The notes below the pieces were generated by a model. It made no database searches. It was not told where the DNA came from and saw nothing but the letters and a program-made list of their open reading frames with translations. From Octopus vulgaris (Eukaryota), in assembly GCA_951406725.2 (NCBI GenBank), contig OX597826.1, forward strand, positions 82,460,001 through 82,524,000: a stretch of DNA of 64,000 nt. The letters are read 5' to 3'. This document shows, one piece after another, positions 1-13,915 of this stretch (the stretch's first letter is position 1; each line of letters opens with the position of its first letter). A program made the translations under genes and the position numbers.

Positions 1-1560
1 TCAACGTACCTGGAGAAGAAGATGCCTGAGCGGCAGGGGTTGAGTGCTTATCCATGTACGAGATGGCCAGCAGGCCTGAAAGGCTCGATCCCATAGATAT
101 GCCGGAAGTCTGTTCGTAAATCACACCGTTATATTGGAAATAGATGTTACCAACTATAATGGTTATTAACTCTCGTATATCCGAGGGCGTGAGGCCGAAG
201 AGCTGGAGGTTGATGGATGGTGAGGTGGGAGAAGATGAAGGGGAAGATGGAGAGGGGGAAGAGATGAGGAAGGAGATGTTGGGTGGGAGATAAGGACGTG
301 ATGTGGTCTCTAAGGATATCGACGACTGGGAATGCGAGTACAGCGGGGTAGAGGGAAAGTACGTCGAAGCTAAAAGAGTATTAGTTTTAAGTATGGCGGG
401 GTCGATAACTTTGAGTCTCGTGAAGATTTCATGGGAGCTGCTGACGTGTCCGGGAAATGCGTGTAGTAGGGGCTTGAGGAGTTTAGAGAGGAGCCAAGAA
501 ATCTTATAGAAAGGACCGTTAAAATCCTGATACTATGGGTCTGACTTTAAGCTTAGCTCCGGATTTGTGGGTTTTTATTAAATGACAGAAGGATAGAAGG
601 AAGGTGTTTTTAGATGCGTGGTTCAACCTAGTCTTCTTAGGGAGATTCCTTTGGTGACAAATGTTGGTCCAGCTGGTGTTGATGGTGGACAACTGTTGGT
701 GAGGAGTGATGTAAAACTTTTCGTATAGTGTGGTGTCCCTGACGTCTTCGGTACCTAGTTTGTTGTCGGTGGGTTTGTCTATAATGAAGAATACTTTCCC
801 TCTGTCTGAAGGTAGATGGACGAGGCTTTTGTTTCTTAAGTTTTGCAAGGCCAGGAATTGGGATTTAGTAAGGTTGTGTGATAGGGAAGGGTGTTTACCT
901 GATATGTTAAGTATGGATTGTTTGAGTCTTGCTAGTCTGGGGTTGAGTTCGGGGTGGTGAGGGGGTGTGGGTTATCGAGGTGGTAGACGAGGAGTCTAAG
1001 TATAGGGAAGGAGGAGGGAGAAGAGGAGGTAGAAGAAGATGATGATGACGGTGAAGATGACGATAAATACGGGAAAGAGGATGAGGACGATGTAGGGGGG
1101 GGGGTAAAGGGGTAGATAATGACGCTGGCGATGATGAAGACGGTAAAGATGGTGATGGAGAAGAAGATGTGGAATAAGATATAGAAGCTGGTGAGCGTAA
1201 TGTTGATGATGACAGCGACGATGAAGATATTGTCAGCGCTGACGATGAAGATCAAGATTATGTAGGGAGGGAGAGGGCGTTTTAAGGGCCGTAATGCATT
1301 TTAGTTAGTAAGCTGTCCGACAAAAGTTGGTCTTTCAGTTTCAATTTGTCAATGAGTTGTGTTAGAATAAATTTGGGTCTTTTGCTCAGGAGTTGTTTCT
1401 CTGCCTGTGTGAGAGAACCAGATAGGTCTGTAACCAGGATGTCGTTTGCAGCAGCAGCAGCAGCAGCAGCAGCAATGGCTGTCGTCGGTATGGATGTATT
1501 AAGTGGTGGTGCGGCCCCGTGGATGGTGTTAGTAGTGCGCATAGACTTCGGTGGTTGGTC
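1..1560 (-). mobile_element. Penelope-like retroelement, decayed reverse transcriptase (runs off window start)
   Basis: Minus-strand motifs in the PLE RT order: VTDLSGSLTQAEKQLLSK, LPSDRG (ADKG-like), LIKTHK..VRPIVSG, SFDVLSLYP, MGSSLSGLLAI, FFSRYV. Frameshifted, with GA-rich low-complexity stretches. Confidence 0.85.
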
Positions 1561-1561
1561 A

Positions 1562-1855
1562 ATCTGGGATCTAGCCTTCCAGGCCTACTGGCCATCACCT
1601 TCATGGATAAGCTAGAACACACACCATTCAACACCTGCCGCTCATGCATATTCTTCTCCAGGTACGTTGATGACATCCTTATCATCACGTCCTCCAGGGA
1701 TGGGGCCATCAGCATACACCTAACCTTCAATAATATCGAGACTGAATAACCAGACGAATCCGGAACCCTCTCTCTACTCGACTTTCAACTCAGGATCACA
1801 GAGGAATGTTCCATGTTTATCAAATTCTACAGAAAAACAGCTAGCAGAAAATTAT
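1562..1855 (+). mobile_element. Penelope-like RT fragment, inverted copy containing the YVDD motif
   Basis: ORF 1519-1749 reads GSSLPGLLAITFMDKLE..FFSRYVDDILII, then LSLLDFQL..KFYRK. Positions 1565-1670 are the diverged reverse complement of 1-93. Confidence 0.85.
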
Positions 1856-3504
1856 ACATACACACACACGCCACACACATATATATTTATTGTGGGATGT
1901 ATGTGTTAGCGTGTTTATATTATATATTTGAATAACTCATTCTATATTTCACAGCTGAGAATAAGGAAAACCTATGATCGACCCCATTACGTAACTTGAT
2001 TGTTGCTTTTTAAGTTCTTGGTTGGCATTGATAAGCCCCTTGACGGTTTATGTGTTTTCCACCCGTGAATATTCCATCTTATTTTTAGATATCACATTTC
2101 TAGAAATATACTTCATCGTATTTTCGTTTTTATAAGACAAGCAAGTATGTGGTTTGTGTGATATGTATGAAGAAGGAAAATAGGGACACAATAAATGTCG
2201 GCGTATACCTCGTTAAGCACTTGTGTAAAAATATTGGCTAACAGTATATCCTATCAAGACAGGTTAGTTCCGTATGAGAGGTACAAACTATAAATCCCAA
2301 GTTTATTTCTCAGTCGTACTTTTGGTGTATTCATCTCTTAACATTTCGAATGGAGCGTTGCATTCAGGCGCGCCACTGTATCTGCTTACTTGCCTTTCAC
2401 ATTATTCGCTGATCAGTTTCCGTTATACATTGCCATCATTTTGCATACTTTTTTTTGATTAATCAACCAAATTATAGAACAGTCACCAACCGAGACAATT
2501 TCCTTAGGTCCTTTATAGTATCTCTTATAATATTTTTTGCTTTTGTTTGTTTTGAAGTTATACACATCAGATTTAGTTGAAGTGTGTAGCAGAAAGTAGT
2601 CATATCAGATTTCATCCCATTACACAGTAGGATCCTATACCTGGGAGCTATTTCTGCTATCAGATGCAGTGAGAATATGATAGCAATAGTGTCCGCTTCA
2701 TGTCGAAATTAATTCGGATTTCAGGGTGTAAGATTATTCAAGTGCAAACCAACACATATAAGAACACAAGTTGTACTGTTACAAAATAATCTGTTTAGAT
2801 TCTTCAGTTTGTATTCGTTGAATACAATTCCTTTAACGAAAATATATTTAAAAAAGTAATTATAACTGTTAAATAGAATTCCATTTAATGAAATATATTC
2901 AAAAGAAAATGTAAATTGCATTAGTTTATGTGTGATAATTATAGACGAAGATTGAAAATTGAAATGAATTTCGAAATAATAAGGAACCAAGTGCTTATAA
3001 GCAAATTAGCGGGTAAAACAAAATTGAGGAAGGGGAAATCATTAAAATATTATCCAAGCATCGAATTTACTAATTGCAATTTAGGTTAGTTGGGAGAAGT
3101 TAAAATACTACGGGTTGGCTTATAGAAAGAAGAAGAATCAATGATATTGAATGTATTTAATTGTACCATTGTAAAGAAATCATTCGGGATTTCTGTTTCA
3201 AAATGTTAAGACTGTTAATTAAAAATGAAAATCTCGATCCCTGCACACATTTATACAATGGAACATTCTAAGCATTATTATAAGAAATCCTTTCCCATCT
3301 AACCTGAATTCAGAATTCACGAGCAAAACCATATTATCTCGACGCTTTTTATTTTTTCTTTTCCCGTTTTCTTAATCGGAATGTCAATAAACCGTCGGGA
3401 ATAAATTTTTCTTCTTTTGTTATTTGTGATATGACTTTCAATTTACCTGGAGTTTCAATTTACTTTCAATTTACCTGGAGTTATTACGATTAAAACGGAA
3501 TGAT

Positions 3505-4440
3505 CAGAAACGTTTTTATTTACAGTGTATCACACATTCGCTCTCCACTTAAATAACCTTTTATCTGCTAATTTTAATTACAGTTGCTCTCTTGTACAAA
3601 GCTTACAATTTTTTTTAAAATTTTATTCCCCGTGTAAGCCTGAGCTGTTGAAAGGATACTCCATTGTTGTTTAAAAATACCTTTAGAACTTAGGCTTCTC
3701 CGTTAGGAAAGTTTCTTTACAAACACTTCTGCTATTAAAACTGTCTCTGCATAATATTGTGGCTGTTCAAAGTATAAAATGTAGAACCGGTGTAATATCT
3801 GTTATTATGTGGAGGTATTACAATGTATTTATATATTACATTACCTAATATGTAATTAAATTGAAAGAGGCAGGTAGTGGATAGTCTACATTTACCGGTG
3901 TGTTGTGTCCTGAATGAGAATTCCAGGTGTTTTGCTGTTGTTTATTTCGTTATTGCTAGATATTATCTTTTATTCTTGTGTGATGGGGTTATTTCTGGAA
4001 TTATGTTTATATTTTTTAGTATTAGGGTCAGTGTTCGATGTCACACGACTGTTTACCTGGCTTTGGACATTTTTAGATTAATTAAATTAATTAGATTGAT
4101 TAAAGGGCGATGTTACGTTACTCTCCCACTTGATCGTGATTTCTATTTTTTGTCATTAAATTTCGAAACAGCGGTTTCCCTGTTCATAGAACTGGTACGC
4201 TTCTCCTAGGATCACTGGGTCCCTTATTATTGGTATTCCCAGGATGTTGGATGTTTAAGAGTTTTATCCCTTCGATGCTTGTTAGTAACTATTGGTTGAG
4301 TGTTGAGATTTCGATTTACATTAGGTTTTGGTCTATTACTTACGTAAGAGAGTTTGTGTTACGTTAAGCAGAATTGTTTTAGTTGAAGTATTTTCTAATG
4401 TTATGAGATATTTAAGGGGTCGATAGTATCTATGTTACAT
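3505..4440 (-). mobile_element. Penelope-like element C-terminal region, GIY-YIG endonuclease remnant
   Basis: Minus strand reads NVIYKYIV..RYYTGST, WSILSTAQAY and CKLCTREQL, resembling the PLE GIY-YIG core and its C-terminal CxLC motif. Confidence 0.6.
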
Positions 4441-4460
4441 ACTGTGAGAAGTTCAGCCTG

Positions 4461-4848
4461 TATCTTTTATCTTTCAGCTACTTCAGTCATTGGACTGCGG
4501 CGATGTTGGGGTACCACCTCGATGATTTTAACCGGAAAAATCGATTCAAGAATTTATTTCTTATTTTAAGTCTAGTACTCTTTTGACGGACCGCTAAGTT
4601 ACAGTAATACAGAATAACCAACAACGATTGTCAAGTGATGGGGAGGGACAAACACGATCTCTCTCTCTCTCTCTCTCTCTTTCTCACACACACGCACACA
4701 CGTACATGACAGGCTTCCACACATTTTTGACCGGCTAAATTTACTTACAAGGCATTGGTCGGTCCAGGGATGTATTAGAAGACACCTAAGGAACCGCACT
4801 GTGGGACGAAACTCGAAATCTCTTGTGAGCAAAGTGACACTTTCAGCC
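4461..4848 (-). mobile_element. tRNA-derived SINE, family A (diverged copy)
   Basis: Matches the 62802-63228 copy: cagtcattggactgcggc, ccgctaagttac, internal (CT)/(CA) tract, caaggcattggtcgg, gtgggacgaaactc. Confidence 0.8.
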
Positions 4849-5107
4849 TCAAAGTTTTGTTTGCGCCTGTTGAATTATTTGCATTTAAAAGGAAAGTGTT
4901 TGTTCAGAATAACAAAGAAGATTTTTAGGGATGTTAATAACGATATCGATTTAATCTTTGGCCAGATTAGTGATATTTTATGCGAAAATAACAAAAAATC
5001 AACAAGTAATGGCAGCACAATAATTGTCGACGTCAAATTCGATGAGTGAATTATTTTTCGCATTTTCTAACGTTGAATGATTTTTTCAGTTTCAATTTCC
5101 TTATTGG

Positions 5108-5322
5108 CCACTGGGGGGCTAAACATAGAGGGGACAAACAAGGACAAAGGGATTAAAGTCGATTACAACGACCCCAGTGCGTAACTTGTACTTATTTAAT
5201 CGACCCCCAAAGGATGAAAGGCAAAGTCGACATCGGTGGAATTTGAACTCAGAACGTAGAGGCAGACGAAATACTGCTAAGCATTTCGCCCGGCGTGCTA
5301 CCAACTCCGCCAGCTCACCGCC
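5108..5322 (-). mobile_element. tRNA-derived SINE, family B
   Basis: Reverse complement of the 5581-5790 copy; B-box-like gagttcaaattcc. Confidence 0.85.
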
Positions 5323-5580
5323 TTTCTTCAGTTTCATCCCACACGATGAGCAGTATTCTCTTTGACGTCAAAGACTATTCTAATATCCGGGAGTAATTCT
5401 ACATTATTCTAATCCGAATGTGCATAAGAATCGAAACAGTTGGCTTATCCTTAAATTTTTAATTATAGTCATTCAAATTGGTACTTTTAAAAATAAAATG
5501 TTGCGTTTTCGTTTCTGTTTTTTTTTTTAATCGAGTCAATTTAACCCTGTTCGTTGATATGTGTCAGTATTTTATTATCT

Positions 5581-5790
5581 GCGGTGAGCTGGCAGAGACG
5601 TTCGCACGTCGGACGAAATGCCTAGCGGTATTTCGACTGCCGTTACGTTCTGAGTTCAAATTCCGCTGAGGTCGACTTTGCCTTTCATCCTTTCGGGGTC
5701 GATAAATTAAGGACCAGTTACGCACTGGGGTCGATATGATCGATTTAATCCGTTTGTCTGTCCTTGTTTGTCCTCTCTGTGTTTAGTCCC
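5581..5790 (+). mobile_element. tRNA-derived SINE, family B
   Basis: gcggtgagctggcag..gttctgagttcaaattccgc (B box)..gtcgactttgcctttcatcctttcggggtcgat; four further copies in the window. Confidence 0.85.
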
Positions 5791-6014
5791 ATGCTATCTA
5801 GCAATAGCATGGGCCTTGAGAAAGTCTGAGTTGATATCCGGCTTGTTGGACGACCAGTGCGAGTGACGCAATCGTAAACTTTTGTTAGATAATGTCTCTT
5901 GAGCCCACTTCAAACCGAGGCTCTGATAACCGGCGGTAATTTGGCCAGCTAATCTCATGCAACATTCGACGATCGACATTAAGATGAGTAGCTGTGAATA
6001 ACACTGCCACGAGG

Positions 6015-6123
<109 letters not shown>

Positions 6124-8289
6124 GAGTGACCAAGGACCACATGTGAATTCGTAGTCACACTGAGACTCCTGGCATGAAAAAATAAAGAGGCATTCAACAC
6201 ATTTAGGGGGAGTTACATATATTTCGAACGCCTGAGCTTGGTTCTGGCGACGAGCCTACGAATTTCTGAAGTTGCATGAGGTGGATCAAACTGTTCTGAT
6301 ATGATTTTACTAAAGACACGATCGAAAAGTGAGCTACTATAAATTACAGGTTCTCATAGTACAGTTTTTAGACGGATATTTATAACGTGCCGTGTACTAT
6401 GGAGCAATGTTAGACACACAGACAGTAGATAGCTGAGCTGACACCTTAATTAATATAGATAACCGGGGACAGTCTAGCCGAATGGTTAAGTTCTTTTCGT
6501 TATCGCGAAGTCCAGCCTTGATCACACTGCGCAACATGAGGCAAATGGAATTTTATTATCGTCTCGTGTCGACAGGTGTTTTGTGATAGAAATGGAATAA
6601 AAGAAATATGAGACTATTTGGTTGATTTTCCAAATAATTCAAATGCTATAACTTTGTTTCGCGTTGAATGTTGGAAACTTTGGTTTATTTCTTATACCGT
6701 AAAATTCTTAAAGTTTATCGTCTGTTTTATAATACTTTTAGTGATTCTGCTAGGTTCTCAATACCATCTTAATCTCACCATATTTCCGTTGTAACACATG
6801 CCAAAATCTTTTCATTCTGAGGATGAAGCTACGGCGGTCTGTACACTTTGATCATATTCTCAGTTCTAAACAAACAGCGAAGAACTCTCGGCAAAATGTG
6901 GGATAATCGTGAAAATAAACAAAGCAAGAAAACGTTTGTTTATTCCGAGACAATGCATGCATACATACGTACAAACATACATATATAAATACATACATAC
7001 ATACATACATGTATGTATGTCTATGTGAGTGTGTTTGTGCTTGCGTGCGAGCACACACACACACGTGCATATAAAAACATCCATGCATACGTAGATGCAC
7101 GCACATATACACACACAGACACATACGTACGCATCGACACTGTAATTTGTGAAAGAGAGGTTTTGTGTTGTTTTCGTGCGAAAAGAAAATTCTAAAGAGC
7201 GACATTAAACAATCGTAAGTTAAGGGAGGCAATAAAAACATGGCCCGCTCTTCTGGGAAATGTTATCGGAAGGCAATTAACAAATTCTGCAAGTGGAGAT
7301 AACTCCAATTTGTTTCACGTGATTCCAAGTGAAAGTAGATTTCTGTATTGGCCCATTAAGAACCGTGTTGACAGAGGATGGATTAATCGTTACAGAAACA
7401 TAACAGGAGATTGAAGAAATATTCCTTATAAGAAGTTGGCATTACTTGCTCAATTCTATTCTTTCTTTACATCAGCATCTCTCAGGCTTATAATAATTCT
7501 GATGTTTTCTACGTCAGCCCTTTGCTTCGAATTACCTCACAGGCTGTATAAACTATATAAACAGACAAACATCAGATTGAAAGCAAATTGCCATTATTGG
7601 CGGAATGTAAAGCATATTCAAACATTTTCCCTTGTTCTTTCGACTGGAGATTCCTTCCTTCAAAGATAACGTACACTACTATAGTGATTCTTTTGTAAAT
7701 CACAAAGCCATTTATAATCTTCTAGTGAAAAGCTAAATTCTCTGCAATATCCATGGCAAAACCAAAAGTGCTTCGCTAGAAACAAAATATTTCTAAGCAA
7801 ATATCAGAAAATCTGTCGGGATTACTGAGGAAGTGCGCGGAAATATCTGTTACATCATCATCGGCTCCAGTCAGTCTCTTATCGATTACTGAGAGCAATT
7901 TGCAAGCGGACTGCTTCAAAAGCATATCTTATCTAACACATAGAAATACAGAGGCAAACACACGCTCGCCCGCACAGATACAAACTCCAAGTATATATGT
8001 ACACCTACGCACAATTATAGAGAGACGAAAGAGCCCACAACAAAACATTCTACCACGCGTGCGTGCACACACACACTCACACACACAGCCTATCAAAGAG
8101 ATTCACATATTAAGTCATATATACATATCTGTGAAAATATGTTTGTATGTGTGTATATATTGACACATGTCTATTTACATGTATTTGTAAATATTCGTAT
8201 TAATATAAATTGTGTGCATATAAACACAAACACACTCACACATTCTCACACATACATATATGTATGCACGTATGCAAGTATGTGTAATC

Positions 8290-8298
8290 ATCTCTCTC

Positions 8299-8378
<80 letters not shown>

Positions 8379-8379
8379 G

Positions 8380-8418
<39 letters not shown>

Positions 8419-8435
8419 TGATAGATAGATAGATT

Positions 8436-8474
<39 letters not shown>

Positions 8475-8532
8475 GGATATAGATAGATAAAAGATAGATA
8501 GATAGATAGATAGATTGATAGATAGATAGATT

Positions 8533-8584
<52 letters not shown>

Positions 8585-8644
8585 CATAGATAGATAGATT
8601 GATAGATAGATAGATTAGATAGATTAGATAGATAGATAGTATAA

Positions 8645-8733
<89 letters not shown>

Positions 8734-8776
8734 CAGATAGAGAGACAGATAGATAGATAGATAGATAGATAGATAT
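8290..8776. repeat. Compound (TC)(TA)n(GATA)n microsatellite
   Basis: Seen directly; source of the IYLS-repeat pseudo-ORFs. Confidence 0.95.
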
Positions 8777-8944
8777 ACACCCGCACATACACTGTTTTCA
8801 TTGATATAGATATAAATTCAAATGTACATAAACGATTTTTTTCCATGCTTATCACAAAGAGGTATTTTGACATTGAGGAATTCTATTTCACGATGCATAC
8901 ACATCAGAATTTGTTGCGAATATGTTTTATCATCTGTGCCACAT

Positions 8945-8999
<55 letters not shown>

Positions 9000-9015
9000 A
9001 GTTTCCCTATTTCTC

Positions 9016-9052
<37 letters not shown>

Positions 9053-9095
9053 AACCATATCTCCATCTAATTACCATTAAAAGCAAATATAAATG

Positions 9096-9152
<57 letters not shown>

Positions 9153-9344
9153 TCTCTCCTTGTTTCTTTCTGTGGAAGTGTGTAGACTCGAATACCGTTA
9201 AAGACTTTTTCACTTCCCGACCGTTAAACTCATACATCTGTATGTTTTTTTACACCAGCTGTCTTCATCTTTTATTTTCCTTGTGAATTCTTCCTATATA
9301 TATATATATATATATATTCTTTTATTCATTTAATTCTATTACTC

Positions 9345-9545
9345 TTTTATTCTTTTACTTGTTTCAGTCATTTCACTGCACCTAAGCTGGGGCACCGCCT
9401 TAAGTCGAACGAATCGACCTAAGGACGTATTCTGCGTAAGCCAAGTAATTATTCAATAGGTTTCATTGTCGAACCACTTAGTTACGGGGACGTAAACACA
9501 CCAGCATCGGTTGTCAATCGATGGTGGGGTATCAAACACACAAAC

Positions 9546-9581
<36 letters not shown>

Positions 9582-9666
9582 GACGGTCGTCTTTCAGTTT
9601 CCATCTACCAAATCCACTTACAAGGCTTTGGTCGGCTCGAGGCTATAGTAGAAGACACTTGCCCAA
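9345..9666 (-). mobile_element. SINE family A, head truncated
   Basis: gtttcagtcatttcactgc..gttacggggacgtaaacacaccagcatcgg..gaagacacttgcccaag. Confidence 0.85.
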
Positions 9667-9675
9667 GTATATATG

Positions 9676-9719
<44 letters not shown>

Positions 9720-9735
9720 CATGTGTGTATACACG

Positions 9736-9786
<51 letters not shown>

Positions 9787-9793
9787 ACATATA

Positions 9794-10660
9794 TACGAGG
9801 GGTACTCAAAAGTAACCGGAAACGCCCTCTGTGGAACAAGCACGTTTTAGCTCAGATTTCCGCCGCTAGGAGCCACTTGACGCGACCATCAGGCATCAAT
9901 CTCCCGACCCGGCGTCTTTGAGTGTAGTCCTACTGTCACGTGGTACATCTTTGTTTTGTAGTGCTTCTCCCGTCTTCGTTGATTTTTGCGATTGTTGAAA
10001 TGAAATAATAGCGAGCTTGTGCGAAAATCTGTTTTCAGCTGGGGAAAATGGACGCCGAAACAGTTGTCATGCTTCTAACGGCTTCCAAGTACGCTGCCAC
10101 GAGCAAAACACAAGCTTACGAGTGATTTTCACGCTTTAGGAATGGCTACTTGCCAGTTGAAGCCCAACCTCGTTCAAGTCAAGCTTCCGAACGAATGAAA
10201 ACATCAGGAAAATTCATGAATTAATCTTGGAGTACCATCACCGTGCAATGGACGAACTTGTGGATATGACTGGAGTCTCCTAGAACTCCTGCCAACGAAA
10301 TTTCAGCGAGAAATTGCAAATGAAAAGAGTTGCAGCAAAATTTGTGCTTCTCTTGCACAGTGAAGATCAAAAGGGGTCACGACTGAATGGGTGTCGTGAT
10401 CTGAGAAAACAGTTGGAAGGTGATCCGAACTTTTTCGAAGGTCATCACTAGTGAGGAAAGGTGGTGCTACGGAATTGGCAGATGTGGAAGAGGTGAAGAA
10501 AAAAAAAAGCAAACGACTGAGGTGTTAAAAGACTGTTTCGAACAGTGGAAAAGGCGTCTGCACCGACGCCGCATTGCTTCAAATGGAGAATATTTTTGAA
10601 AGCGATAAATCTGTAAACATGTAAAACTAAGTGAATAAAGTAATATTGCAAAATGATCTC
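9794..10660 (+). mobile_element. Mariner-type DNA transposon, internally deleted
   Basis: TA + cgagggg TIR start. HTH region RACAKICFQLGK..TQAYE*FSRFRNG..EAQPRS, then KRVAAKFV, and C-terminal CFEQWKRR..IASNGEYFE. Most of the catalytic core is missing. Confidence 0.8.
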
Positions 10661-10740
10661 CCTTGGGAAATAGTTACATACACACATAGTATATGTGTGT
10701 GTTGTGTTTGTATATACAAATATCCATGTAAACACACATC

Positions 10741-10771
<31 letters not shown>

Positions 10772-11039
10772 ACACACACGTAATCATACATACATATATG
10801 CATACACAGTGTGTTTTGTGCTTTGTATCGGTGTATGAGTTTGAACGTTTGTACAACGAATTGAGTTTAAATTCAGCAGGTGGACCCTATGGTTTCCTCG
10901 ATATTTCCTTTAAATTATGTAAGCAGGCTTTAGTAAAGCCACTTGCGTTACTTTTCTAGAGGTTCCTTGTATGTGGTAAACTTCCTTAAAATCTAAAAGC
11001 AGGCATTCTATGCCCCATCCATAAAGGCAGTAGCAGAGC

Positions 11040-12300
11040 AGATGCTAAAATCTACAGGCCCGTCTCTCTAACTTCACATATCAGTAACACCATGAAACGA
11101 ATCCTTAGAAGGAAACTAATAACTTTCCTAGAAGTAAATAACTTGCTGAACTTTCCTCAATGTGGTTTCGGCCTGAGATAAAAGCTGACTCACACACCCC
11201 TTACAACAATATACCCTTTTTCTCTTTTTGAAGTATCTGCTTAACCATTCAAATGTCGATGTGACATATCTTCTCTTTGCAACGGCCTTTGACTAGATAG
11301 ATCATAGCTTGATATGACACAAGCAGAGAGATATGGTATAAATGGTAAACTAGGCGAGTTTCTACGTGACTTCTTAAAATATTAAAGTCAGGCAGGAAAC
11401 GGTTGTGGCGGGTTTTTAACAGCTCTGTTAGCCATACCCAAGGTCATCAGATATCCACAATCACAAGCTATGCTGATGATATTACTGCTTAGCTTGTGAA
11501 GAACTTTGGCGATGTTGAAATATTGCAACGTGGCCGAAATGCAATATACAAGTAGATTAAACAAGCGAACATGTAGTTTATTGCTGGAAATTTCAAGCAT
11601 TGTGCTGCCAGCTCGCAAATGCACCACAGGACCCGTTGGCAGTGCAATCCCAGCGATAGAGACAATGAGAAACCTGGTGATCAGCATTTGTAGTGATGCA
11701 TCATTCCATGTAAAATAAGCAAGATGGCAACAAAATGAAGACAATTAATAAAGATGGATACTAAAGACGAAAGAGGACAAGAAGTCGTAATGAATGTGTG
11801 GAAGGCGTTGTTGACAACCGACTGCACTATTTCTGTGTCAAACTAACAACGGGGCTTGAAGCGATCCAGTGCTAAAACTCGAAAGCGAGGAACTACTGGG
11901 AAAGACTAAAAAGACTAAGGATTTACTCCTTGGAGCGAAGACACGAGAGATATATAGTGATTTACATGGGAACATTTCTGGAAAGGCTAGCTTCTGACTT
12001 CGGCATCAGAAGATTTACAAATACCCGTAGTATGCGAAACTGCGTAGCACTAAGTTTGCCCTCCACGCCATCTAAAGTCAGGATCAGGTATTGCAATAGT
12101 TTGGACTTCCAAGATTCGATTCCTTCAGTGTTCTTCCAAAATGATTAAAACACCTACTAAGTGTGGATACAGGTGTCTTTGAGAAGCAGCCAGACATTCC
12201 CGTATCTACGATACCAAATGAACCAACCTCCGAGCATGGAGCACAGACGATGCCATATGTCAAATAACCTCATACACCAAAGGAGACAACAACCAGGTTA
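11040..12300 (+). mobile_element. LINE RT fragment (CR1/L2/Jockey-group like), decayed
   Basis: YRPVSLTSHIS, NVDVTYLLFATAFD, TITSYADDIT (about 11457-11487), NYWERLKRLRIYSLERRHERY. Confidence 0.8.
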
Positions 12301-12668
12301 AAGCACGTGGAAGAGTGGTGATATGAAATCCGAAATCCCAGACGAAATCAACTATATAAAGTGGATGTGGAAAGGGCGGAAAACCACGGTGGGGCCCACG
12401 CATGACTGCAGCTGCCTGGTTGAAACAGGTGTGAGAAATAAATGACAAAGGTAATATATGTATGTATATATGCATATATAGATGTTTTACACATACACAC
12501 ACTCACGCATACATATATACAGGCGCGCGCGCACACACATATGCACATGTATATATTTATATAAATGTACGCGGGCGTTTCTGTATGTCCGTATGTTTAT
12601 ATAGATCAGTGACACTGACGGGACATTTTTCTAATAAATAATCACACACAGCTTATGTAAGGTACATC

Positions 12669-12720
<52 letters not shown>

Positions 12721-12978
12721 ATAGGACGGGGTTCTGCACAGACTTGTTCAAAGAAATACATATTAAAGACACAGGTCTCCCCTGAGCTGTAGTGGAAATA
12801 TATATAAATAACTAAAAGGCTGCGCAGTGGAGTAGATTCAAGATCACATAGTGGGAAAGCGTATGTCTTAGACACACTACTCTGCCTCAGGATTTACATG
12901 CATACATACATCCATACATACAGACGTACATGTGTGTGTGTGTATGTGTATATATATGTGTGTGTGTGTGTGTGTGTT

Positions 12979-13720
12979 AAATAAGATGAGACAACAAAGC
13001 TAAGGCTGTATGGAATTTTCAGTACAGTTATAAAGAGAAAGTTAGTCTTACAGCTGTTTCTGGGATATTAGGAATACCCATTTCATCAGAGGCGACGTGA
13101 GATGGCGAAATATAGGGAAACAGTAGAGTTCAATATGAGGAGTTATTTGGGAAAAAAATGGAAATAAGAAGTATAAAGAGAAATAAGAGAATAAAAGTAA
13201 AAATAAAAATAATTTGTAGGGTGTTATAGTTGCAGTTCCATTATCCAAGGAAAGTGGTGTGTAGAAATGGTAGAAATGCTTCTTGTCCGTGATATGTAAA
13301 TTCCGATAAAAGTTCATATTTTACTATTGCAAATTAAAAGTGTGGAGACTGATATTCCATGTGCCGTTCATTCTAAGGGGTTTTGGGTTGTGAATGAAAT
13401 TTTGGCAACGTAGTGGTAGTATTCAGTAGATAGAGAGAAGAGAGATGTATGTTAAATTAAGGAGGATGGTTAAAAGGAACAGGTGAGTAAAGAAGACAGA
13501 AGAGAAAATGATAATGAATTGTTAGATAGTGGTCAAGATGTTATAAGGGGAGATGGAGGGAGTAGGGGAGGGATAGGGGGAGATAAGAATGCAAGGAATG
13601 AATATGTGTGAGGAGTATAAGGTTGGGTGATATATTCGAAAAGCACTAAGGCAGAGAGATGGTTTCCGAAAATGGTACAGGGTGGGATTACTAAAGCGAG
13701 TTGTGAACCTCAAAAAGGAA
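12979..13720 (-). mobile_element. PLE-type 3' terminus (pseudo-LTR) with hammerhead
   Basis: 12979-13110 is a diverged reverse complement of 13916-14060 and contains an HHR. Confidence 0.65.
13045..13093 (-). ncRNA. Type I minimal hammerhead ribozyme
   Basis: Minus strand: gcct CTGATGA aa tgggtattcctaatatccca GAAA cagctg TA agac. Palindromic stem III; stem II irregular. Confidence 0.7.
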
Positions 13721-13915
13721 AGGAAGAAAAATAAGATATAATAATCAAGTTTCTAGAAATAGACAGGTTGAGGACGGAGCATTAATAATTTACGTCAAAC
13801 CTTCTGCAGATGGTCCCAGAGCAGCATGCGTATGTGTTTGTATGTAATAGACGGATGTGTTTATTCGACTAGCTAGTGTGATAGTGGAGGCCGAAAAATG
13901 AGAGAGAAAGAAAGA

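Noticed and set aside
932-1615. Poly-Ser and poly-Ala ORFs
   Set aside because: Low-complexity and (GCA)n tracts inside the decayed PLE.
2648-2690. Hairpin tgctatca/tgatagca next to GAAA on minus strand
   Set aside because: No CUGANGA adjacent; simple local hairpin.
9153-9295. HHR-like cttt ctgtgga a gtgt gtag actc gaat..aaag; also 47536-47600 minus
   Set aside because: Too many core mismatches to call, although the 9220-9295 tail is repeated at about 50670-50750.
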